Of a stretch of 64,000 nt of DNA, positions 49,820 to 60,578 are shown one piece after another. Position numbers and translations under genes: made by a program. Every line of letters begins with the position of its first letter. Position 1 is the first letter of the stretch. The stretch is from Nitrospinaceae bacterium (GTDB taxonomy: Bacteria; Nitrospinota; Nitrospinia; Nitrospinales; VA-1), in the NCBI GenBank assembly GCA_046754465.1, contig JBHHVU010000001.1, positions 32,001 to 96,000 of the forward strand, written 5' to 3'. Under the pieces are notes generated by a model, which was given only the letters and a program-made list of their open reading frames with translations, had not been told where the DNA came from and ran no database searches.

Positions 49820-49857
49820 GCGGGACCTGAGCGGTCTTCCCTTGGCTGTAAAGACCA

Positions 49858-50673
49858 TCAATCCCGCCTGGAACTCACCTCTTTTCTTTTTCCCACCAAT
49901 TCGGTTAACTTTTCAGGGATATTTTCCGCGGTCACCAAACTCTCCCCGATGAGGAAAGCATGTGCCCCGAGTCCTTCGAACTCGCCAATCTCTCCGGGAC
50001 CGTGAATCCCGCTTTCACAAACCAGGACATTGCCCGGAACCATTTTCCCCATGGGGATCAATCTCCGGGATATATTCAGGTCGGTTCGGCCCGTGGTCAA
50101 ATCACGGTTATTGATCCCGATAATGGAAGCCTCCACGGAAAACGCCTTTTCCATATCAGCCTCGCAATGGGTTTCCACCAAAGCCCGCAACCCGAGTTCC
50201 CTCCCAAGGGCCATCAGGTCGGCCAGATGATTCTTATCCAGCCAGGTTGCGATCAATAGAAAAAAATCGGCCCCGAAAGCCCGGGATTCATAAACCTGAT
50301 ACTCGTCGAATATGAAATCCTTTCTCAGCAGAGGCAGATCGGCCTGCTCCCGGATTTGGCTTAATATATCCAGGTTGCCGCCAAAATACCGCGTTTCCGT
50401 CAACACGGAAATCGCGGCAGCGCCGTGTTTCTCATAGAGGCGCGCAATTTCCAGAGCGTCGAAACCGGACCGTAGCTCTCCCTTGAAGGGGGTTCTCTTT
50501 TTAATCTCGGCGATGATTCGTGAGGGGGGCGACTGTTCCAGGGCCTGCCGGACCTTTCTCACCTCCTGTTGTTCGCTGATTCTTCCCTTGATTTGGGCCA
50601 GAGGAGCTTTTCTCTTGGTGCCATCGAGTTCCTCCTTTTTGTCAGCGAAAATTTTATCGAGTATTGTGGCCAT
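49858..50673 (-). CDS. trpC: Indole-3-glycerol phosphate synthase
   Basis: IIAEIK, AISVLTE, LRKDFI, GINNRDL, ESGI, LIGESL; start 50673 or 50703. Confidence 0.96.
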   Translation of the reverse strand: MATILDKIFADKKEELDGTKRKAPLAQIKGRISEQQEVRKVRQALEQSPPSRIIAEIKKRTPFKGELRSGFDALEIARLYEKHGAAAISVLTETRYFGGNLDILSQIREQADLPLLRKDFIFDEYQVYESRAFGADFFLLIATWLDKNHLADLMALGRELGLRALVETHCEADMEKAFSVEASIIGINNRDLTTGRTDLNISRRLIPMGKMVPGNVLVCESGIHGPGEIGEFEGLGAHAFLIGESLVTAENIPEKLTELVGKRKEVSSRRD

Positions 50674-50702
50674 GGCCAATCTTTCCTCTTCCCCAAGGGA
50701 CA

Positions 50703-51716
50703 TTAGCCCTGGGAAGCTACGCCCAGATCCGTCAGCTTTTGTTTTGCCGCGCCGGATAACAGAGATTCCCGGGCTACCCGCAGGCCTTCTTGCAGGGAAT
50801 CCGTTTTCCCCGCCGCGGTAATCGCCGCGGCTGCGTTTAAAAGCACGATATCCGCCGGCGGACCGGACTTCCCTTCCAACAGATCCAGGATAATCGCGGC
50901 GTTCTGTTCGGCGGTTCCCCCCTTGACCGCTTCCCGGGAACAGGGGGACAATCCAAAATCCCCGGGCTGGATAGTAAATTCCCGGATTTTCCCCTGGGTC
51001 ACCTCACAAACCCGAGTGTCTGCCATTAATGAAATTTCGTCCAACCCGTCCTCCCCGTACACCACGAAGGCATGTTGGCAACCCAAATCTCGCAAAACCC
51101 GGGCCACCGGCACCACCCACTTCTCGGCGAACACGCCAACCACCTGGGACTGGGCCCGGGCAGGGTTGGTCAAGGGACCCAACAGGTTGAACAGGGTCCG
51201 AAAGCCCAGTTCCTTTCTCACCGCCGCCGCGTACTTCATCGCCCCATGCAATTTGGGAGCAAAAAGGAACCCGATGCCCACCCGGGCGAGGCATTTTTCA
51301 ACGACCGCCTTATCGGCTTCGATATTCACACCGAGACATTGTAAAACATCGGCGCTCCCCGAACGGCTGGAAACGGCCCGGTTGCCGTGCTTGGCGACGG
51401 TGATTCCGGCTCCGGCCACCACAAAAGCCGCCGCGGTGGAAATATTGAAGGTTTCGCCGCCATCCCCGCCGGTTCCACAAGTATCCACAACCATCTTCGC
51501 TTTCACGTGGACCGATTCGGCCTTTTCGCGCATGACCCTTGCCGCGCCCACCAGTTCCCCGACGCTTTCGCCCTTCATGTGCAGGGCGGTCAGCAAGGCC
51601 GCCATCGGGACTGGCGCCACGGCGCCCTCCATGATGGCGCTCATGACCGACACCATTTCCCCTTCCGAAAGATCTTCTCCCCCCAACACCTTTTGTAGGG
51701 CCGCCTGGATCTTCAT
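50703..51716 (-). CDS. trpD: Anthranilate phosphoribosyltransferase
   Basis: [45 protein letters not shown]. Confidence 0.97.
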   Translation of the reverse strand: MKIQAALQKVLGGEDLSEGEMVSVMSAIMEGAVAPVPMAALLTALHMKGESVGELVGAARVMREKAESVHVKAKMVVDTCGTGGDGGETFNISTAAAFVVAGAGITVAKHGNRAVSSRSGSADVLQCLGVNIEADKAVVEKCLARVGIGFLFAPKLHGAMKYAAAVRKELGFRTLFNLLGPLTNPARAQSQVVGVFAEKWVVPVARVLRDLGCQHAFVVYGEDGLDEISLMADTRVCEVTQGKIREFTIQPGDFGLSPCSREAVKGGTAEQNAAIILDLLEGKSGPPADIVLLNAAAAITAAGKTDSLQEGLRVARESLLSGAAKQKLTDLGVASQG

Positions 51717-52297
51717 GCTGTCATTTTTTCCGTGGGCATTTCCAGGAAATTTTTCAACAGGTCCTTACCACAGACGGTCAGAATGGATTCGGGATGAAAC
51801 TGCACCCCCTCGAGAAGAAATTCCTTATGCCGGATGCCCATGATTTCCCGGTCATCGCTTTCGGCGGTAATTTCAAAACAGTTTGGGAGGGTCTCTCGTT
51901 TGAGGACCAAGGAATGATATCGCGTGGCCTCGAAGGGAGACGGAAGGTTTTGAAACAGGTTCTTTCCGTCGTGATGGATCATGGAAGTCTTTCCGTGCAT
52001 GAGGCGTCCGGCTTTCACCACTTCACCCCCAAACGCCACTCCCAGCGATTGATGGCCCAAACAAACCCCAAGGATAGGCAGCTTTCCTGCAAATCGGCGC
52101 ACCACATCCACCGAAATTCCCGCCTTGCCCGGGGTGCAGGGACCGGGAGAAATCACGATTTTTTCCGGACGCTGGTGTTCGATCTCGTCCACGGTGACCT
52201 GATCGTTCCGGTACACCTTCACCTCCGCGCCGAGCTCTCCTAGATACTGAACCAGATTGTAGGTAAAGGAATCGTAATTGTCGATCATTAGGATCAT
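51713..52297 (-). CDS. trpG: Anthranilate synthase component II (glutamine amidotransferase)
   Basis: [32 protein letters not shown]. Confidence 0.95.
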   Translation of the reverse strand: MILMIDNYDSFTYNLVQYLGELGAEVKVYRNDQVTVDEIEHQRPEKIVISPGPCTPGKAGISVDVVRRFAGKLPILGVCLGHQSLGVAFGGEVVKAGRLMHGKTSMIHHDGKNLFQNLPSPFEATRYHSLVLKRETLPNCFEITAESDDREIMGIRHKEFLLEGVQFHPESILTVCGKDLLKNFLEMPTEKMTA

Positions 52298-53787
52298 CGG
52301 AACAAACCTCTTTCAGCGACATCCATGGCTTTCAGGAGCGCTTTCCCCTTATTCATCGTTTCTTCGAATTCCTTCTCCGGGACCGAGTCCGCCACGATGC
52401 CCGCGCCGACGCCCAGGTAAGCGGTATGATCCTTGATCACCAAGGTGCGAATGGCAATGGCGGTGTCCATGTTCCCGGTAAAGCTGATGTACCCAACGGC
52501 CCCGGCGTAAAGTCCCCGCCGGTTGGGTTCCAGTTCCTCGATGATTTCCATGGCGCGGATTTTGGGGGCGCCGGAAACCGTTCCGGCGGGAAAAGCGGCC
52601 TTGAGCACGTCGAAACAGTCCAGTCCCTTTTTCAAAAATCCCCGGACATTGGAAACGATGTGCATTACATGTGAGTACCTTTCGATGAGGAACCTCTGGT
52701 TCACTTCGACCGTGCCGGTTTGCGCCACGCGGCCCAGATCGTTGCGGCCCAGGTCCACGAGCATGATGTGCTCGGCCAACTCCTTTTCGTCCCGCAGCAG
52801 ATCCTCTTCCAGCCTCTGGTCCTCGTCTTCATCGCGGCCCCGTTTCCGGGTCCCTGCGATGGGACGAACCTCGACCTGATCCCCTTCGAGCCGCACCAGC
52901 ACTTCGGGGGACGAACCCACCACCTGCAGGTCCCCGAATTTAAGAAAATACATGTAGGGCGAGGGATTGATGGTTCTCAGGGCGCGGTAGATGTTGAAAG
53001 GGTCTTCCCGGATATGAAACTTCAGTCGTTGCGCGAGAACGACCTGGATCGCATCGCCCTCGCGGATATAATGTTTTATTTTCCGGACCGCTTCCTCGAA
53101 TTTTTCCTTCTCGAAATTGGATTCCACCCGGGAAACTTCCGGAGAAGACCCGTCCTCTTTTTTGTGGGCGAAATCGGGGATAGGGGTGCGTAATTTTTCC
53201 TCGAGCGACTCAATTTTTTTCAAGGTGCGCCGGTACACCTCTTCCGGGTCCTCGTCTTCGATATGGGCGTTCGACACGATTTTGATGGTTTGTGTCACGT
53301 TATCGAAAATCAAAAGGGTGTCGGTAATCACAAACAGGGAATCGGGAACTCCCAGATCGTCCTCCGTCCGGTCCGGCAGCCGCTCGAAATAGCGCACCAT
53401 ATCGTAACCGATAAATCCCACGGCGCCTCCCGCGAACCGCGGCAATCCCTCCACCGCCACCGGTTGGTATTGCTCCAGAATCTCCTTGATTCCGAGAATG
53501 GGATTACCGCCGACGATGGACCGTTTTTCCACCTTGCCATTATTTTTTATCGTCATCGTCCCGCCCTTCGTGCTGACAATGAGGGTCGGGTCGCACCCGA
53601 GGAAGCAGTACCGGGCCCATTTCTCTCCGCCTTCGATACTTTCCAGGAGAAAGGAATAAGACCCGCCGCTGATCTTGAGATAGGCCGAGACGGGGGTATC
53701 CAGGTCGGCAATGATTTCCTTATAGACAGGGATCAGGTTGCCTTCCCGGGCTTTTTGAATGAACTCTTCCAGAGAGGGTTTGTACAT
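52294..53787 (-). CDS. trpE: Anthranilate synthase component I
   Basis: [46 protein letters not shown]; start taken at MYKPS. Confidence 0.96.
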   Translation of the reverse strand: MYKPSLEEFIQKAREGNLIPVYKEIIADLDTPVSAYLKISGGSYSFLLESIEGGEKWARYCFLGCDPTLIVSTKGGTMTIKNNGKVEKRSIVGGNPILGIKEILEQYQPVAVEGLPRFAGGAVGFIGYDMVRYFERLPDRTEDDLGVPDSLFVITDTLLIFDNVTQTIKIVSNAHIEDEDPEEVYRRTLKKIESLEEKLRTPIPDFAHKKEDGSSPEVSRVESNFEKEKFEEAVRKIKHYIREGDAIQVVLAQRLKFHIREDPFNIYRALRTINPSPYMYFLKFGDLQVVGSSPEVLVRLEGDQVEVRPIAGTRKRGRDEDEDQRLEEDLLRDEKELAEHIMLVDLGRNDLGRVAQTGTVEVNQRFLIERYSHVMHIVSNVRGFLKKGLDCFDVLKAAFPAGTVSGAPKIRAMEIIEELEPNRRGLYAGAVGYISFTGNMDTAIAIRTLVIKDHTAYLGVGAGIVADSVPEKEFEETMNKGKALLKAMDVAERGLFR

Positions 53788-53982
53788 GGTCTTATTAAAG
53801 TTGGGAACCGGGTCAATCCCTTTCCGAAAACGAGATGGCGAAGGCAAAAGCAAGGCCCCGGCGGCCGGGCTGGAAAGTGAATTTCCCGCTGGGCTGCGAA
53901 CCAGAATATTTCAGCTTTTTCAAGGATTTAGACCTCAGACCTTAACATTTTGTCTGAGGGCGTGTCAAGGGATATGGGAGGT

Positions 53983-54828
53983 TCATCCATCCATGGGACG
54001 CCAGTCTTCCCCGTTCCAATGAAGGATGAGTCCGTTGTCGCCCACCGCGAAAATATTGTCCTGGGAAGACCCCCAGATGGCGGTCAGGTATTCCTTGGTG
54101 TTAGATTCGATGCGAGTCCATTGTCCGCCTTCGAGAAACAGGATCATTCCTTCATCCCCCACGGCAAAGACCATGTCACTCGAGGGACCCCACACATCCA
54201 GGATAAATTCCATGGTCCGTGAAGGCATCTCGTTGAACTCGGAACCGTCGAATTTGAAAATCGCGCCGTCGGAACCGGAGAGATACATTTCATTGGGACC
54301 GAATCCATAAAAGCCGTAAAACTCCGCATTGGAATTCAGGGTCAACCGGACCCAGTGGTCCCCGTCCTGCCGGAGGCAGAGGCCGTCGTAACCCACGGCA
54401 TACATCCCGCTTTCCTTGCATCCCCACAGCCGGGTGATATCCGTATCGGTCCCGGTTTCCATGAACTTCCAGGAATTGCCATCGTAATGAAGAATTTTTC
54501 CCAAGCGGGAACAGGCATAAATTTTATTGGGCTCCAATCCGAAGATTCCGGTCATGGGAGGTAACGTGTAATCCGTCTCGACCGGGATCCAGACGTTGCC
54601 GTCGAAATGGAGAATTTTTCCATCGGTGGCGACGGCGAACACGTTTTTCGGATCGCTGCCCCACATGTTTTTGATCGTGTAGCGTCCGCCGGTATCCATG
54701 GGTTCCCACTTGGTACCGTCGTAATGAAGCAGGGTTCCTTCCGCTCCGCCAACGAAAATATCCTTTTCACTGAACCCGGTAATGGAAAGCAGATGATGAT
54801 CGGTCAGAGTGGACATATTAAATTCCAA
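53983..54828 (-). CDS. Beta-propeller repeat protein (WGx...VYAVG..G.ILHYDG type)
   Basis: About seven ~41-aa repeats; acidic; no signal peptide. Confidence 0.85.
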   Translation of the reverse strand: MEFNMSTLTDHHLLSITGFSEKDIFVGGAEGTLLHYDGTKWEPMDTGGRYTIKNMWGSDPKNVFAVATDGKILHFDGNVWIPVETDYTLPPMTGIFGLEPNKIYACSRLGKILHYDGNSWKFMETGTDTDITRLWGCKESGMYAVGYDGLCLRQDGDHWVRLTLNSNAEFYGFYGFGPNEMYLSGSDGAIFKFDGSEFNEMPSRTMEFILDVWGPSSDMVFAVGDEGMILFLEGGQWTRIESNTKEYLTAIWGSSQDNIFAVGDNGLILHWNGEDWRPMDG

Positions 54829-54861
54829 CTTTCTGGTTTAAATCGCCAGCCGGGGCACGGA

Positions 54862-55698
54862 TCAGAGCGACATATCGCTCCATTTATTCCCATCAAACCG
54901 AATCACCGCGCCATTATCGCCCACGGCGTAAACGCAGTCCGAGCGAAGCCCCCTCACCTTGGTCAGATAATCGTCGCGGGGCGATTCCATCCTGCTCCAT
55001 TGTTTGCCATCGAAGTGAAGAATAACGGCATTGTCCCCAACCACGAATATATCATTCTCCGAAGTGCCCCAAACGCTTAAAAGGTATTCCCCGGTTCCCG
55101 ACTCCATGGATTTCCAGTCATTCCCGTCAAAATGCAAAATGGTTCCGTGGGAGCCGGCGACATAGACGTTATCCGTTTTGGTTCCCCAGATTCCATAGAG
55201 TGAGATGGTTTCATCGGTCAGTTCCTCGCGCCGCTGGAACTCTTTGCCGTCGTAAAACCGGTACACCCCTTCTCCTCCCACGGTGTGGATTTGGTGAATG
55301 TCCTCTCCCCACATGCCAAAGATATCGTGGATGGTATTGGGTTCTCGGTAGCCCCATTTTTGCCCGTCCCAGTACAGCATTCTTCCCCCCACACCAAAAA
55401 GAAACAGGCTGTTGGCATCGTATCCGTAAGCGGAATTCAGGGAATCGTAACTTCCGGTATCCATCTGATTCCAGTCTTTCCCGTCGTATTTCAGGACCAC
55501 GCCGCCGACGCCCACGGCATAAATACAGTTTTCATCGGCGGCCCAAATCCCCATCAAGGGATTGGTATTTTCCGTCCGGACGGGCAGCCATTCCTTGCCG
55601 TCATAATTTTGTGGGATGCCATCCTTTCCCACGACATAGATATTGTCTTCACTGAAGACCCAAAGGTCCAGCAGATCGGGTTTTTCGCCTGTAAACAT
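54862..55698 (-). CDS. Beta-propeller repeat protein, paralog of the adjacent gene
   Basis: Same repeat unit, about seven copies; no signal peptide. Confidence 0.85.
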   Translation of the reverse strand: MFTGEKPDLLDLWVFSEDNIYVVGKDGIPQNYDGKEWLPVRTENTNPLMGIWAADENCIYAVGVGGVVLKYDGKDWNQMDTGSYDSLNSAYGYDANSLFLFGVGGRMLYWDGQKWGYREPNTIHDIFGMWGEDIHQIHTVGGEGVYRFYDGKEFQRREELTDETISLYGIWGTKTDNVYVAGSHGTILHFDGNDWKSMESGTGEYLLSVWGTSENDIFVVGDNAVILHFDGKQWSRMESPRDDYLTKVRGLRSDCVYAVGDNGAVIRFDGNKWSDMSL

Positions 55699-55922
55699 GT
55701 GGATCCCGATTTCCTTAAAATGCTGTCAATTTACGGGTGGCTCTTTCCGGCTTTCCATGGAAACCCTGTTTCGCGGCACAAATAAGGGATGGTATCGGTC
55801 AGTTTACCACCCATTCGAGTTGTGGCGGAAGGATTCGCCGGTATAATGTTTTTGCGTCCAAATAAAAAAAGCCCCTCTCGTCCATCACAAGGAGCCCGGG
55901 TTCCGGAAAGCCATGTCAGGAA

Positions 55923-56831
55923 TCAGTTGACTTCACCCGCGGGTCTAAACATTACCTGGGTAAGCTTTTGCAGCGTGTTCGAGTTCTGAAACAATTTCTG
56001 CACTTCGGGGCTGATATCGTTCCGGATCAAAATCAGGGTTTCGAGATGATTGAGATATTTTGACTGGGCGAGAGCCCGGGCGCCTTCATCGCCGATTTCC
56101 GCTTCATAAAGGTCCAGAAGCGTCATTTTTTTAAAATTCGGGGAATTGGCGATGGCGATTGCACCTTGACTTCCAATAGGATTATAGGTCAAAGTCAGTT
56201 GGGTCAGATTTTTCAAGGTTTCTGAATTGGCCAGGGCTTCCACTCCCTCTCCCTCGACATAGTTCCAATTCAGGTTGAGTTCGGTCAGCGTGGAAAGGTT
56301 CTTTGATGCGGCAATGGCCATGGCTCCCACATTGCCAATGTTGTTTCTATATAGTGACAACAAATTCAGACGAATCAGGGTATCCGAGGTGGCCAGGGCT
56401 TCCACCCCGTCATCCCCAAGATCACTGCCCACCCAAAAGGAGATGAGGTTGCTGAGCGTTTTGGATTCGGCCACGGCGCGGGCTCCGGCGGGGCCTATTT
56501 TATTATCGCTCATGATCAGTTCGGAAAGATTGAGCAAGGTCTTCGACTGGGCCATGGCTTTCATGCCCTCGTCGGTGACTTGATTCTTGAACAGGTTGAG
56601 GGCCGTCAGGTATTTCATATTTTCCGAATCGAGGAGCGCCTTGATGCCATCGTCCCCAATTTCGTTGAACTCCAGGAATAAAGCGGTGATCCCCTTAACC
56701 TTTCCGGATTCTACGATTTTTTTCAGGTCCTCATCGTCCAATTCCTTTTCCCTGAGGTCCAATTCGCTCTTTTCAACGTTTAACCCTTGTTCAATCAAAC
56801 TGTCGATATCTTTTCCTGTTTTCGCTGTCAT
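55923..56831 (-). CDS. Cytoplasmic leucine-rich-repeat protein (RI-like/GALA-like)
   Basis: About nine LxxLxLxxNxIGxxGxxALAxSxxL repeats. Confidence 0.88.
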   Translation of the reverse strand: MTAKTGKDIDSLIEQGLNVEKSELDLREKELDDEDLKKIVESGKVKGITALFLEFNEIGDDGIKALLDSENMKYLTALNLFKNQVTDEGMKAMAQSKTLLNLSELIMSDNKIGPAGARAVAESKTLSNLISFWVGSDLGDDGVEALATSDTLIRLNLLSLYRNNIGNVGAMAIAASKNLSTLTELNLNWNYVEGEGVEALANSETLKNLTQLTLTYNPIGSQGAIAIANSPNFKKMTLLDLYEAEIGDEGARALAQSKYLNHLETLILIRNDISPEVQKLFQNSNTLQKLTQVMFRPAGEVN

Positions 56832-57141
56832 GCCTGCCTTTCCGAAAAATCGGCCCGGGACGGGCCTTCATTGTTGCCAGCATAAACCGGTCATTTTAAG
56901 CAAGTCTGGAGTAATGTAAAGTCAAAATCACTAAAAATCCTAGCTTTAGCGCTAAATTGGTCTTCACGGCGGGCCAGGAAGTGGGGTGGATTGAATTTTC
57001 ATTTTATTCGGGTAAAATATTTTAATATTTTTCTTAATGGACTTTAAACCTTTTTTTCAGATTCATTGCCGAAAATTTTTCGGCGCCGCGGACTCCCTTG
57101 CCCGCCTCCTTTAACAGGACTCACCGTAACGTGATATTCCC

Positions 57142-58134
57142 ATGTCCCAAAAAATCGAAGAAATAACCCAACGGGTCCGTCAGGCCGCCGGATTTATCCC
57201 GATCATCCAGAAGGAACTGGATCAGGTGATTGTGGGACAAAAATATCTGACCGAACGCCTGATCCTGGGCCTGTTGACCGGGGAGCATATTCTGCTCGAA
57301 GGGGTCCCCGGCTTGGCCAAGACCACCTCGGTCAAATCCCTGGCCAGCACGATCAAAGCCACGTTCAAGCGCATCCAGTTCACCCCGGACCTCTTGCCAG
57401 CCGACCTGTTGGGAACCCAGGTCTACCAACCCAAGACCGGGGAATTCAGCATTAAGAAAGGCCCCCTCTTCGCCAATATTATCCTGGCGGATGAAATCAA
57501 CCGGGCTCCTGCTAAGGTGCAAAGCGCCCTTTTGGAAGCCATGCAGGAAAGGCAGATCACCATCGGGGGCCAGACTTTTCCTCTCGATGACCCCTTCATG
57601 GTCATCGCCACTCAAAATCCGATCGAACAGGAAGGCACTTACCCCCTTCCCGAAGCCCAGGTGGACCGGTTCATGTTCAAACTGAAGATCGAATATCCTA
57701 CATGGGAAGAAGAAAAAATAATCATGCAAATGATGTCTTCCACGAACCACCACGTTGATGTGGGGCGGGTGGTGAACCCCGCGGACTTATTGAACGCGAG
57801 GAAAGTATTCGATGCCATCTATATCGATGAAAATCTGCAGGACTACATCGTCCACCTGGTATCCTCCACGCGCAATCCGGAAGAATACCAACTGCCCTCG
57901 CTGGCCAAATTGATCCAGTATGGCGCATCCCCCCGGGCCTCGATCTTCCTCCACCGCGTGGCAAAGGCTTACGCCTTCATGCAGGGACGGGGATACGTCG
58001 TTCCGCACGATATCAAATCCGTCGGCCTGGACGTGCTGCGGCACCGGATCATTCTTTCCTATGAAGCCGAGGCGGAAAACATCTCCACCGATGAAATCCT
58101 TAAAACAATTTTCGATACCATCGAGGTCCCATAA
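57142..58134 (+). CDS. moxR: MoxR family AAA+ ATPase
   Basis: EGVPGLAKT, RIQFTPDLLP, ADEINRAPAKVQSALLEAMQE, EGTYPLPEAQVDRF. Confidence 0.95.
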   Translation: MSQKIEEITQRVRQAAGFIPIIQKELDQVIVGQKYLTERLILGLLTGEHILLEGVPGLAKTTSVKSLASTIKATFKRIQFTPDLLPADLLGTQVYQPKTGEFSIKKGPLFANIILADEINRAPAKVQSALLEAMQERQITIGGQTFPLDDPFMVIATQNPIEQEGTYPLPEAQVDRFMFKLKIEYPTWEEEKIIMQMMSSTNHHVDVGRVVNPADLLNARKVFDAIYIDENLQDYIVHLVSSTRNPEEYQLPSLAKLIQYGASPRASIFLHRVAKAYAFMQGRGYVVPHDIKSVGLDVLRHRIILSYEAEAENISTDEILKTIFDTIEVP

Positions 58135-58155
58135 CCAGATGAATCCGGGTAACCC

Positions 58156-59103
58156 ATGGCTTTGAATCTATTCTCAAGAATGCTTGATTGGTTCCAGCTC
58201 CCTCCGCCTTTCCCAGAACCCGAAAAGAGTATTGACCCGCAATTACTGAATCAGGTGAGGGCCATCCAGGTGAAAACCAATCATCTGGTCAACGACCTGA
58301 TGGCGGGAGAATATGTCTCGGCCTTCAAAGGCAGGGGCATGGAATTCAGTGAAGTGCGGGAATACCAACCTGGCGACGACGTGCGGCTGATCGACTGGAA
58401 CGTCACCGCCCGGATCAATCAGCCTTACATCAAGGAGTTCAAGGAAGAACGTGAATTGTCCATGATGCTTCTCGTCGATGTCAGCTCCTCCTGCGATTTT
58501 GGATCGGTGGGAAAGCTCAAACATGAAATCTGCGCCGAACTCGCGTCCATCCTGGCTTTCGCGGCCATTAAAAACAACGATAAAATCGGACTGATCGTAT
58601 TCTCGGATAAAATCGAAAAATATATCCCGCCCAAAAAGGGGAAAGCCCATATCTGGAATATCATCCGGACCATATTGGATTTCCAGCCGCAAGGCAGAGG
58701 GACCGACCTGAACCTTCCCCTGGAATACCTGTTGAACATCCAGAAACGCAAAACGGTCACCTTCCTCATTTCTGATTTTCAGGCGCGGGGTTATGAAACC
58801 ACGCTCAGGCTCGTGAAACAAAAACACGATCTCATCGCCCTGTTGATCATCGACCCCCGGGAACGGGAACTCCCCAATGTCGGCCTGATCCACCTGGAAG
58901 ACGCGGAAACGGGCGAAACGATTCTCGTGGATACGGCCGATCCGGAAACCACCCGCCGCTTCGCGCGGCGGGTCCAGAAAAATATACGGGAAATGAAATC
59001 GCTTTTTAACTCCGCCGGAATCGATATCATAGAAGTCCGGACCGACCATTCCCTCGTGGAACCGCTCATCCGTTATTTTAAAATCCGGGAAAAAAAACAC
59101 TGA
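58156..59103 (+). CDS. DUF58 domain protein
   Basis: GMEFSEVREYQPGDDVRLIDWNVTAR, EERE, DVSSS, LISDF. Confidence 0.93.
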   Translation: MALNLFSRMLDWFQLPPPFPEPEKSIDPQLLNQVRAIQVKTNHLVNDLMAGEYVSAFKGRGMEFSEVREYQPGDDVRLIDWNVTARINQPYIKEFKEERELSMMLLVDVSSSCDFGSVGKLKHEICAELASILAFAAIKNNDKIGLIVFSDKIEKYIPPKKGKAHIWNIIRTILDFQPQGRGTDLNLPLEYLLNIQKRKTVTFLISDFQARGYETTLRLVKQKHDLIALLIIDPRERELPNVGLIHLEDAETGETILVDTADPETTRRFARRVQKNIREMKSLFNSAGIDIIEVRTDHSLVEPLIRYFKIREKKH

Positions 59104-59104
59104 A

Positions 59105-59545
59105 ATGGCATTTTTTTCTCTCAACAATCCCAAGGATGGGGTCAGCCCCAGGATCAAGATTTTGGTTCTGTCACTCACAGTCCTGACCGTGTTCGCCTTC
59201 GGTGTTTTTTTCTTCATCCTGGCCGGCAAAATAGTTTCGCCCTCCAAGGAAAAACCCTGGACCTACAAGCTCCTCGCGGTTGGGGAAAAACTCCAGCATG
59301 CCGGTCTCCGGAAGGAGGCCATCGATCTGTACGCCCGGTTCCTGGACCGGGAAAAGGTGGATCTGAAAACGCGGGCCCGGGTATCCCTTACCATAGGAAA
59401 ACTTTACAAGGAGCTGGGAAACTGCCGCAAGGGCCTCACCTGGTTTTATCAGGCGGAGGCCGCGGGTCCCGACCCCTCCCGAGAAAACATTCTGAAATCC
59501 CAAATCGACACTTGCCTTAAGGAGGTGCGGTCTCATAAACCTTAA
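59105..59545 (+). CDS. Membrane-anchored TPR-like protein
   Basis: One TM helix then A..LY..FL...IGKLYKELG.C..GL..F..A helical pairs. Confidence 0.65.
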   Translation: MAFFSLNNPKDGVSPRIKILVLSLTVLTVFAFGVFFFILAGKIVSPSKEKPWTYKLLAVGEKLQHAGLRKEAIDLYARFLDREKVDLKTRARVSLTIGKLYKELGNCRKGLTWFYQAEAAGPDPSRENILKSQIDTCLKEVRSHKP

Positions 59546-59549
59546 ACCG

Positions 59550-60578
59550 ATGATCGTTTCGACAAATTCACCGGCGAGGATCTGGCGGATTTTTTTCTGG
59601 ATCCTGATCTTTTCCTGGGCTTCCACCTCCCCAGATGCGTTGGCCCAAGAACCGGGCGTAAGTGAAAATCACTCTCCTATCTCGGCGGAGGCGAAAGTCG
59701 ACCTGCCCCAGGCCACGATCGGAGACATCGTCACCTTCTCGGTCATCGTTCGCCATGACGCCAATATTCAAGTCCATCCCCCTCAATTCGTAACCATTCC
59801 GGGCCTGGAAACCCTGGACCGGGGCGCCCGGGAACCCCGGTCCCGCAACAGCCAGAAGGTGGACGAATTCTGGATTCGCTTTCGGGTGGATCGGGTGGGA
59901 ACGATTAACCTGCCGGCGGTCAGAGTCCCCTTTGATGTCTCCCCAACGGGACCGGGTGGGAATAAAATTCCCGGTTTTATCGCCGCCCCCAAAGTCTCGT
60001 TGGAGGTTCAATCCATTCTCCGGCTCCAGGGAGAGCCGACGGATATCCGGGACATCAAACCCCTGGAGGAAATTGGACTGGATTGGAGAGGACTCATCCT
60101 TGCCGGAATCCTTCTCCTATTGGGATCGTTCCTGGGAATATTCTTTTGGCGCAGCAGGAAAAAACGTACCTTGTTATCAAAGCCGGCTCCGCAATCGGCT
60201 CCCCTACCCCATGAACGGGCCCTGAGGGAACTGGAAGCACTGAGGAAACGGCAATTGCTGGAGTCGGGCCAGGACCGGGAATACTATTTCCAGTTGTCGG
60301 AAATATTTCGCCGCTATCTGGGAAACCGGTTCGCGTTTCCCGCATTGGATTGGACCACGGAAGAAATCACCGAGTACCTCCACCGCGCCTCCCCCATGGA
60401 AGAAACCTGGCGGGATCGAGTTTGCCGCCTTCTGGAGAAGACGGACCGGGTGAAGTTCGCCAAGGCTCAGAGGAACCGGGCGGCCAATGAAATGGAAGAA
60501 GTGATAAACTTCATCCGGGCGACCTGTAAAAAGGAAGAGGAACCGGTTTCATCTTCCCATCCCTCGGGAGGATCATGA
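59550..60578 (+). CDS. Bat-operon membrane protein (BatD-like Ig domain plus DUF4381-like part)
   Basis: Signal peptide, TIGD, IRDIKP, TM helix, LSEIFRRYL..RF, TTEEI, DRVKFA. Confidence 0.75.
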   Translation: MIVSTNSPARIWRIFFWILIFSWASTSPDALAQEPGVSENHSPISAEAKVDLPQATIGDIVTFSVIVRHDANIQVHPPQFVTIPGLETLDRGAREPRSRNSQKVDEFWIRFRVDRVGTINLPAVRVPFDVSPTGPGGNKIPGFIAAPKVSLEVQSILRLQGEPTDIRDIKPLEEIGLDWRGLILAGILLLLGSFLGIFFWRSRKKRTLLSKPAPQSAPLPHERALRELEALRKRQLLESGQDREYYFQLSEIFRRYLGNRFAFPALDWTTEEITEYLHRASPMEETWRDRVCRLLEKTDRVKFAKAQRNRAANEMEEVINFIRATCKKEEEPVSSSHPSGGS

